From the NCBI RefSeq assembly GCF_018398935.1, contig NZ_CP074694.1, positions 3,870,001-3,902,000 on the forward strand: a DNA stretch of 32,000 nt. The letters run 5' to 3'. This DNA is from Telmatocola sphagniphila. Its GTDB lineage: Bacteria > Planctomycetota > Planctomycetia > Gemmatales > Gemmataceae. This document shows positions 25,483-32,000 of this stretch, piece by piece. The notes beneath the pieces were generated by a model. The model was not told the DNA's origin. It saw only the letters and a list, made by a program, of their open reading frames with translations, and searched no databases. The translations under genes and the position numbers were made by a program. The stretch's first letter is position 1, and each line of letters starts with the position of its first letter.

Positions 25483-26613
25483 ATGAAAACCCTCGTTCCC
25501 GACTGCGCGGCCCTGCAGGCCCATTTCGCTTTGCTCCGTTCCGAACTGGCTTCCGGCCTGATCGAACGCGACGAAGAGATCGATCTCTGCCTCACCGCTC
25601 TGATCGCCCAAGAGCATCTGCTCTTGGTCTCGCCTCCGGGCTGTGCCAAATCGCTGCTGCTCGATTCCCTCCTGAAAGCCACCGGCGGCTCCAAGTTCTC
25701 GATCCTGCTCACCAAGTTCACCGTCCCCGAAGAGGTCTTTGGCCCTATCTCGATTCAGGGGCTCAAGGAAGACCGCTTCCAGAGGATCACCACCGCTAAA
25801 CTGCCCGAAGCCGACTTCGCGTTCGTCGATGAAGTCTTCAAAGCTTCTTCAGCGATCCTGAATACCTTGTTGAAGATTCTCAATGAACGAACCTTCGATG
25901 CCGGCGAAGGTTCCTTGCGCAAAGTCCCCCTGAAGCTCTGCGTGGCGGCATCCAATGAATGGCCGGCCCCGGAGAGCGCTCAGGAACTGGCGGCCCTGTT
26001 CGATCGCTTCACTCTGCGCAAGAGTTTATCCCCGATTCGCTCGCAGTCGGGTCGGAAGAAATTGCTCTGGAATCGGGATCATACCCCGAAGATCTCGGTG
26101 CACCTGAAGCCGACCGATCTCGAAGCGGCCCGCCGCTATGCCCGGGAGTTACCCTGGTCGATCACGGCCCAGGAAGCTTTTGAGACGATTCTCAAAGATC
26201 TGGCCAAGGAAGGCGTTCAACCGGGGGATCGCCGCCAATTCAAAGCGGTCGGCATCGTCCAGGCTTATGCCTTCCTGCAAGGGGCTGAGCAGGTCGAACC
26301 GGAGCATCTGGAAGTGGCCGCCCATGTACTCTGGGACGATCCCCGGGAACAGCCCCAGAAGGTCGCCCAGGTGATTGCCCGAATCGCCAACCCCATCGGC
26401 ATGCGGCTGAATCAGCTGCTTTTGGAAGTGGAACAGGTTCTGTCGACGACCGATGTCCGCAAGCTGCCCGAGACCGCCAAGGCGGCAGCCAAGCTCGGCG
26501 AAATCGACAAGCAACTCAGTGATTTAAAGTCCAGTGATCGGGTCACCCGGACCCGGAACTACGTGCGCGAACAGCTCCGTCAACTCAAACTCGCCTCCTT
26601 GGAGGCGATCTAA
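25483..26613 (+). CDS. RavA-like MoxR-family AAA+ ATPase
   Basis: AGGAG lies 7 nt before ATG 25483. The Walker A is LLVSPPGCAKS (25630-25653). KFTVPEEVFGPISIQGLKEDRF, FAFVDEVFKASSAILNTLLKILNERTF and LCVAASNEWP are colinear with E. coli RavA as I remember it ([60 protein letters not shown]). Confidence 0.9.
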   Translation: MKTLVPDCAALQAHFALLRSELASGLIERDEEIDLCLTALIAQEHLLLVSPPGCAKSLLLDSLLKATGGSKFSILLTKFTVPEEVFGPISIQGLKEDRFQRITTAKLPEADFAFVDEVFKASSAILNTLLKILNERTFDAGEGSLRKVPLKLCVAASNEWPAPESAQELAALFDRFTLRKSLSPIRSQSGRKKLLWNRDHTPKISVHLKPTDLEAARRYARELPWSITAQEAFETILKDLAKEGVQPGDRRQFKAVGIVQAYAFLQGAEQVEPEHLEVAAHVLWDDPREQPQKVAQVIARIANPIGMRLNQLLLEVEQVLSTTDVRKLPETAKAAAKLGEIDKQLSDLKSSDRVTRTRNYVREQLRQLKLASLEAI

Positions 26614-26629
26614 CCCCAGGGAAAAAACC

Positions 26630-28006
26630 ATGAATGCCGAAGAACTCCGTAAACTCTTCGATCTCGATCGCCCGCTCTCGCCCAGTCCCTCCTCCGCCGA
26701 AGACTCTACAACCTCCCCTTTTTCTTCCCCTTCGCCTTCAACAACTCCATCTGGGAATCCAACGGCCCTGCAGGTCGATTCCTGGGGGCTGCGTCGGGGC
26801 GACGATCTGCTGCGGGATTCTCCGCGTTTGCAATCGTTCGCTTTGGACGAGTATGCCATCGCCGATTTTCATACGGCGGCTTTTGAACCGGAACCGCAGC
26901 TGCTGGACGATTGCCAGGACCCGGCCCGCCGGGCCTTCCTGGTCGAGCTGTTCCAGACTCCGGAGTATCAGGCGTTGCATGCCGGGACTCGACTGGATGA
27001 GGTCTCCTCCGAGATTACCACCCTGCACTTCGCCGAACAGTTCGCTGCTCTGCGGAATGCCTCTGCCACGGCCGAACCTGAGATCGCCACATTAAAAGCG
27101 GTCAGCCGGGCGGTGCTGGCCGCTCGCGAAGAGGTCGACCAGTGCCGGGAAGCGATTACTGCTCTCGGCGGCGGGCTCGGTCCGGGAACGCCGGGCTCGG
27201 TCGATCCTAAAGCGATCGCTCAACTGTTCCAGCGGGTCCGCCAGGACCCGACGTTGCGACGGATCTGCGAACTGGCCGGACGGTATCGGCGATTGGCCCA
27301 GTCGAGCCAGCGTCGCAAATGCGCCCATGGTCAGGACGATCTGGTCGGAGTGACTACCTCGGGAGATCTGGCCCAACTGCTGCCGCACGAGTTGGTCCGC
27401 TTGGGAATTCCCGAACTGGAACTGGATACCCTGCGGCGTCTGGCCGAACGGCAGTGCCTGGCTCGGGACTACCAGTCTCTGGAACCGGTGGGCAAAGGTC
27501 CGATCGTGGTGGTCATCGATGAATCGGGCTCGATGGCTGGGGATAAAGTGCAAACAGCCAAGGCTCTGGCCTTGGCCTTGGCCTGGATCGCCCGGCAGCA
27601 GCGTCGCTGGTGTGGCCTGATTGCCTACTCGGGTGACACCGGCGAACGGCTCTTGTCTTTGCCGCCGACTCGCTGGGAAGAATCGGAAGTGCTGGACTGG
27701 CTGGGAGCTTTCCTGGGGGGCGGTTCGACCTTGGATGTTCCGATTGTGGAACTGCCCTGGATGGTGGAACAGCTCTGGGCCCCGCCGGGGATTACCGATG
27801 TCTTGATCCTGACCGATGCCATCTGCTCGATTCCGCCGGAGTTGCAGCAGAATTTCCTGGCCTGGAAGAGCTTGGTTTCGGCGCGGGTGATCTCGTTGGT
27901 CTTAGCCGATACAGCAGGAGACCTCGCGACGTTGTGCGATGAAGTCCATCTGGTCCAATCGCTCGAAGTCACCGAGACCGCCCTCGGTTCCGTGCTGTCG
28001 ATCTAG
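26630..28006 (+). CDS. ViaA-like VWA-domain protein (MoxR partner)
   Basis: ATG 26630 lies 16 nt after the ATPase stop; the listed 26534 start overlaps that gene. The MIDAS motif VVVIDESGSMAG is at 27518-27535. LLPHELVRLGIPELELDTLRRLAERQCL is colinear with remembered E. coli ViaA [28 protein letters not shown]. A P/S-rich tract lies near the N-terminus. Confidence 0.85.
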   Translation: MNAEELRKLFDLDRPLSPSPSSAEDSTTSPFSSPSPSTTPSGNPTALQVDSWGLRRGDDLLRDSPRLQSFALDEYAIADFHTAAFEPEPQLLDDCQDPARRAFLVELFQTPEYQALHAGTRLDEVSSEITTLHFAEQFAALRNASATAEPEIATLKAVSRAVLAAREEVDQCREAITALGGGLGPGTPGSVDPKAIAQLFQRVRQDPTLRRICELAGRYRRLAQSSQRRKCAHGQDDLVGVTTSGDLAQLLPHELVRLGIPELELDTLRRLAERQCLARDYQSLEPVGKGPIVVVIDESGSMAGDKVQTAKALALALAWIARQQRRWCGLIAYSGDTGERLLSLPPTRWEESEVLDWLGAFLGGGSTLDVPIVELPWMVEQLWAPPGITDVLILTDAICSIPPELQQNFLAWKSLVSARVISLVLADTAGDLATLCDEVHLVQSLEVTETALGSVLSI

Positions 28007-28029
28007 TCTCCCTTTTTTCCATCGTGGTG

Positions 28030-28074
28030 AAAGCTCGCAGATCTTCTTATTCAGAAGGTTCCGCGAGCTTTTTT
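28030..28074 (+). terminator. Rho-independent terminator-like structure after the VWA gene
   Basis: aaagctcgc (28030-28038) pairs with gcgagcttt (28063-28071). An inner stem cttct/agaag sits within the loop. A T6 run lies at 28069-28074. Confidence 0.6.
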
Positions 28075-28115
28075 CATTTCTGTTTTTATCCTTCTTGAAC
28101 TGAAAGGAACTCTCT

Positions 28116-28994
28116 ATGAGTGCATTTATCAAAACCAACCACTTGCCTAAGGTGACCCCAGGTGCTCGCCTATTGGGTGAGATCATCACCTGGACCGCTT
28201 CGGGAGCCAGCGTCCGACACAGCGATTTGATCCGGGCGCTGAAAGAAGTCGGCTTGGATGAAAGCGTGGCCCGGGAGTTAGCACCCCGGCACGCCTTTGC
28301 CCGGGCCTGTCGCAAGCTGTCGGAAGCTCGGATCATCCGACAGATCGCCGAAGATGAAGTCTCGATTCAATTCCAGTTCACCCAGGAATCGAAACAGGGG
28401 GACCGCTTCAGCTACGACTTCGAAACCCTGCTCACTCTGACCAAGAAAACCGGGCAGGTGCACTGCGATAAAGGAGAATTAGCTCTATTGGCTCAGGAAG
28501 AACTGGATCGCTGCATCGCCGTGCGGACCGGCAGCGACATCACCCGGATCGTGCAGAAGCTCTTCGAACGGGAAGCCGATCTTTTCCCGATTCGGCCGCA
28601 AGGCGGCGCTTACTTCGTGCCGCAGCTGCACGCCGGCTTCATCGATCGGGTGCAGAGCTTGTTGAAGCAACTCAATGGTCAGATGCTGCGCTTCCCGGTG
28701 CCGGAAGGAACCGCGAGTGGAGACGTCTCGGTGAAGGAAGCGGTGGCTGCGGGGCTATCGGCTCTGATTGCCGAGCATGAGGAAGCGATCGATTCGTTCG
28801 GTGAAGACACCCGGCCCGATACGGTGGAACGGGCCGCCGAGCGGATTCGCAACACCAAGTTCAAAGTCGAAGCCTACGCCGCTCTCTTGGCCGACCAGAA
28901 GCATCAGCTGGAGCTTTCCCTGGCCACGGCTTCCCGAAAGCTCCGTCAGAAAGTCGAAAGTCTGGCTGCTGAGCGGGAAGCGGTGCTGGTCTAG
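28116..28994 (+). CDS. Hypothetical protein, 292 aa; possible N-terminal wHTH and C-terminal coiled coil
   Basis: Clean ORF with AAAGGAA upstream. N-part: SVRHSDLIRALKEVGLDESVARELAPRHAFARACRKL. Middle: IRPQGGAYFVP. The C-terminal ~60 aa are helical and heptad-like (KFKVEAYAALLADQKHQLELSLATASRKLRQKVESLAAE). Family not recognised. Confidence 0.7.
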   Translation: MSAFIKTNHLPKVTPGARLLGEIITWTASGASVRHSDLIRALKEVGLDESVARELAPRHAFARACRKLSEARIIRQIAEDEVSIQFQFTQESKQGDRFSYDFETLLTLTKKTGQVHCDKGELALLAQEELDRCIAVRTGSDITRIVQKLFEREADLFPIRPQGGAYFVPQLHAGFIDRVQSLLKQLNGQMLRFPVPEGTASGDVSVKEAVAAGLSALIAEHEEAIDSFGEDTRPDTVERAAERIRNTKFKVEAYAALLADQKHQLELSLATASRKLRQKVESLAAEREAVLV

Positions 28995-29090
28995 TTCGGT
29001 CCACCTCTCATTCGATTCGCAGTTTTGCTTTTTAGCTCTTCGCCCGCCTTCTCGCCCTTTCATTCCAACACGATTTACCGGGAGAAAACC

Positions 29091-30425
29091 ATGATTCATT
29101 TGCAGCGTCGGCAAGTCCGGCAGTTACGCAGCTTGTTCAAAAAATTGGGTGCAGCCCGCTGCCCAGCTCCGACTAGCCTCTTGCTGAAGACTGATTCATC
29201 CGGGCTCTCGATTCAGGGCTCGATTGGCGAAGTCACGGCGATTTACCGGCTGCCGGGCTCCTTTGCCGAGGAGCAGATGACCATTCCTTTTGCCGTTTTC
29301 AATGATACCGCCGGTTCGGACGACAGCATTGTCGAGATTGTCGCCCTGGTCCATCAGAAGTTGCGCGTCGCCTGGAGTTCGGGTTCGATGCCGCAGGTTC
29401 GGGAGTACGAGATTCCCTCCAGTGTCGAAAGCCTGCTTTTACCGGAGGTCTGGACACCGATGGATCTCCGACTTCGGGACGCTCTCGCCGAAGCGATGCG
29501 ATCGGCAGCGGCTGAAGCCACTCGCTACGCGGTGAACTATGTGCAGTTACGGGGGAGAACCGGCGAAGTCATCGGTACCGATACCCGGCAGCTCTTCATC
29601 GAATCAGGATTTCCGTTCCCCTGGGAAGATGATCTGTTGATACCGCGCTGTGGACTCCTCGGAGCTGAGGAACTAAAAGGCGATTCTTTGGAGATCGGCC
29701 GAACCGCCTCGCATCTGTGGTTACGACTGGGAGCCTGGTCGATCGCCCTGCAAACCGCCCAGGAGAAAAGTTATCCGGATGTTTATCGGGCGATCCCCAA
29801 TCAGACCGACGCCACGCTTTGGAAAGTCGACGGCCAGGAGGCTGGGGCTTTGCTGAATTGCCTGAAAGAGATGCCGGGCGAAAAGGATCCGCATCGGCCG
29901 GTAACGCTGGATCTCAATGGACACGTCGCTCTGCGTTCGCGAGGAACCGAAAGCACTCAACCGATGGAAGTGCACCTGAGACAGTCGCGGGTCGAAGGTA
30001 GTCCGATAAAGCTTGCTTTGGATCGAGGTCACCTGCGACGGGCTCTGAGTCTCGGGCTTACCGAGTTCCAGATTGCCCATCCCGATAAGCCAATTCTCTG
30101 CACAGACGGACCGCGCCGCTATGTCTGTATGCCCCTGGGTAAAGCCTCGGTGATTGCGGCTTCCCCAGAAGCCGTGCAGGTAGAGTTGGGGGAGACTGCG
30201 ATTCCCGGTTCGAGAAACGCGAGATCCGAAGCTGCTATTCCGGTAAGGATCCGGAAGGCCACCTCACCAGTTCTAACTGGCCTGGTTTCGGAAGCGGCGG
30301 CAATCCGGTCAAGCCTTCAAGATCTACTCGAGCGACTGAGATCTTTCAGTCAACAGTTCCAGCGCTTGCTTCCTGAACAGCACAAATGGCAGGAATGTTT
30401 GAAGAATCTGCCTCAAGCGAGCTAG
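29091..30425 (+). CDS. Highly divergent DnaN-like sliding clamp (three-domain beta-clamp fold) with ~75-aa C-terminal extension
   Basis: GGGAGA lies 5 nt before ATG 29091. The protein is colinear with remembered E. coli DnaN along its whole length. [26 protein letters not shown] (29523-29600) matches [41 protein letters not shown] matches [28 protein letters not shown]...RRYVCMPL matches IGFNVSYVLDVLNAL...AAYVVMPMRL. Confidence 0.8.
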   Translation: [444 protein letters not shown]

Positions 30426-30492
30426 CAAATTTGCGCAGTGCGTAGTTCCCAAATTCTGAATTTAAATCTCAACTCTTTCGGAGAAAATAGAC

Positions 30493-30648
30493 ATGGGTGC
30501 TAAACAAAAATTGAATGCGGCTCATCTGACGGGCACAGCTTTGGTGGCCATTCTAATCGGGGTGATCTTCCATTCAACAGCGATTGCCTTGGGAGCGTTC
30601 GCGTTTTTGCTCGTTGTGGATTACGTTTCGGGGAATATTCGACGGTAG
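30493..30648 (+). CDS. Small two-TM membrane protein (51 aa), not in ORF track
   Basis: GGAG at 30480-30483 lies 9 nt before ATG 30493. The product is MGAKQKLNAAHLTGTALVAILIGVIFHSTAIALGAFAFLLVVDYVSGNIRR, with two hydrophobic segments. It is followed by a 10-bp-stem hairpin. Confidence 0.45.
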   Translation: MGAKQKLNAAHLTGTALVAILIGVIFHSTAIALGAFAFLLVVDYVSGNIRR

Positions 30649-30656
30649 TCTTTGCA

Positions 30657-30690
30657 TCTCCCGATCGTAACTTCGCTTATGATCGGGAGA
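30657..30690 (+). terminator. Perfect 10-bp-stem hairpin after the last gene of the module (terminator-like, no T tail)
   Basis: tctcccgatc (30657-30666) pairs with gatcgggaga (30681-30690) around a 14-nt loop. No U-tract follows, so intrinsic-terminator status is uncertain. Confidence 0.4.
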
Positions 30691-30982
30691 GTTGAATTAA
30701 TTCTGGAGTTACCAAGCGAGCTTCTCTTTAGCTATCGGCGGCCTTCAGCAAAATGGATTGTCCATCAGGGAGAGCTTTAACACGGTAAAGGCGCGTTTAT
30801 ATTGGTGGTTCGTGTGAGTTCAAATCGAAATAAATCTTCAGGATCATAGGTCGTTTTTTTGCAAATTCGGGTAGCGGAAATAGACGAGAAATCTTTATGG
30901 AAATGCGGTTTGTTTCAGGATAAGATCAGTTCTGTAATACCTCTCTTCCTCAATCTTCAAGGCTTAAAAAGAGATATTCGTG

Positions 30983-31942
30983 ATGTCGGAGCCTAGCCTC
31001 AAAGAACTTCCTTCAGCGAACGGTCACGTTTCGAATTTCCCGGAACTCTCCAGGGAGCTTATTCCCGCTTATTCAGAGCCAGTGCCCGCCTCGCCAAGCG
31101 AAACTCGCTATCTTCTAGTCAAAGCCCATGTTGGCTTTGGCGACCGTCTGCAGTGTCTCAGCCAAGCGATTGAGCATGCCAAAAAATACAACCGAACACT
31201 TTCCGTCGACTGGTCGGATTCGATCTGGTCTGATGGCACAGTCGATTTCGATACGTTTTTCCATATTTGCGGAGTTCAGACCGTACCTCCCGCGGAGATT
31301 TACCAGAGGAATTTTTCCACGGTAGAACCCATCGGCTGGATGAACCAGTACGATCGCAAGGCATCCTGCGATTTTATTTTTAAAACCGAGTACGAACTGA
31401 CTCTCAAGGATGAAGATCTGCCTTCGCAGCTGGTGGTTTATCCCAGCGTTGGGTTGCGAACCTATTACGTGGCCAACTTATGCATGCTCCGAGTCAAGAA
31501 GCCCTGGCGAGATAGTATCGTTCAGGAGTTAAAACGGTACTCTAAGTTCAAGACGCTGGTCCACCTGCGCGGCACGGACAAGCATGCTTCCGAAAAAATC
31601 CCGGAGTACATGGAGAAGATCAAAGCGAAGATGGCAGATATTCCAAAAACCGAACCTGTTTTGATCGTGTCCGACAGTCTGCCGCTCTACCAGGAACTTC
31701 GGGAATCTTTTCCCAATGCAGTGCTGCGAACGCCCAATTTAGATCGATTCCGAACGGATCAAGGAACGCACTTTCAGCTGCAGATCCCGAAGTCTGAGTT
31801 CAACCTGAACACTCTCATCGATTTCTTTTTAATAGCTTATTCGAGCAATTGTATCGCGGAAGGCGAATCGATGTTCTACACGATGGCGCGTTTTCTAGAT
31901 TGCGGTCCAAAGAAGGACATTCTGGGTTATGACGGGGACTGA
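30983..31942 (+). CDS. Putative glycosyltransferase, fucosyltransferase-like (GT11/GT23/NodZ-like motifs)
   Basis: 319-aa ORF. HVGFGDRLQCLSQAIEHAKKYNRTL resembles the N-terminal GxGxQ motif of bacterial fucosyltransferases. VHLRGTDK resembles the H-x-R-R/G-D donor-binding motif. The functional call is tentative. Confidence 0.55.
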   Translation: MSEPSLKELPSANGHVSNFPELSRELIPAYSEPVPASPSETRYLLVKAHVGFGDRLQCLSQAIEHAKKYNRTLSVDWSDSIWSDGTVDFDTFFHICGVQTVPPAEIYQRNFSTVEPIGWMNQYDRKASCDFIFKTEYELTLKDEDLPSQLVVYPSVGLRTYYVANLCMLRVKKPWRDSIVQELKRYSKFKTLVHLRGTDKHASEKIPEYMEKIKAKMADIPKTEPVLIVSDSLPLYQELRESFPNAVLRTPNLDRFRTDQGTHFQLQIPKSEFNLNTLIDFFLIAYSSNCIAEGESMFYTMARFLDCGPKKDILGYDGD

Positions 31943-32000
31943 AAAACAATCGCTCACGCGCAGAGCGATCCTTAGAGACTATACTTAACGGACTTCGTTT

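Larger units (their letters stand above)
20811..30690. mobile_element. Putative integrative-element segment: Tyr integrase, large Ser recombinase, small regulators, RavA/ViaA/unknown/clamp cargo
   Basis: Two recombinase genes are followed by a co-directional, visibly GC-richer gene array. Sampled lines run about 55-70% GC here versus about 43-50% in neighbouring genes (hand counts, not a computed profile). The array ends in a strong hairpin, followed by a 290-bp non-coding gap. No att repeats were found, so the limits are approximate. The integrase could instead belong to the island on its left. Confidence 0.35.

Noticed and set aside
30816-30826. gagttcaaatc resembles a tRNA T-loop, which could be a tRNA fragment or att site in the 330-bp gap before the right-flank GT gene.
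   Set aside because: The flanking bases do not form a T-stem (gtgag versus cgaaa). No acceptor or anticodon arms can be drawn.
1-32000. Searched for CRISPR arrays, rRNA and tRNA genes, and for long direct repeats (att sites) at the candidate island junctions.
   Set aside because: No regularly spaced repeats or cloverleaf structures were seen. The only junction matches found by eye were 7-10-mers (for example tcttcaa and aaacgtaag), which are expected by chance. A computational repeat search is still needed.

Overview
32-kb bacterial window with no rRNA, tRNA or CRISPR array seen. All domain calls come from reading the translations by eye; no searches were run.

Flanks: glycan-tailoring genes on both sides. 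On the left, 1121-4594 encodes a 917-aa four-domain GT / sulfotransferase / GT25 / methyltransferase fusion plus a second sulfotransferase. On the right, 30983-31942 encodes a fucosyltransferase-like GT. At the far left, 1-960 (minus) is the N-terminus of a large surface repeat protein that the ORF track misses.

Between the flanks lies a ~26-kb mosaic accessory region:
(i) A minus-strand pair: a Ser/Thr-kinase::class III nucleotidyl-cyclase fusion followed by a 515-aa unknown protein with a C-terminal winged helix.
(ii) A defence-island-like block. An ASCH-domain protein and a wHTH-HNH nuclease sit on the minus strand. Five tightly packed plus-strand genes follow: Type III-like Res helicase-nuclease, beta-class Mod methyltransferase, ORC/Cdc6-like AAA+ ATPase-wHTH, a UvrD-type SF1 helicase with a RelE/ParE-like N-domain, and an EEP nuclease/phosphatase.
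(iii) A divergently transcribed tyrosine integrase and large serine recombinase, with palindromes between them.
(iv) A visibly more GC-rich module: RavA-like MoxR AAA+, ViaA-like VWA protein, a 292-aa unknown protein and a full-length but very divergent DnaN-like sliding clamp.

Best candidates for an undescribed system: the ATPase / helicase / EEP trio welded to the RM pair (10.6-20.7 kb), and the RavA-ViaA-clamp module (25.5-30.6 kb). Element boundaries (att sites) could not be found by eye.
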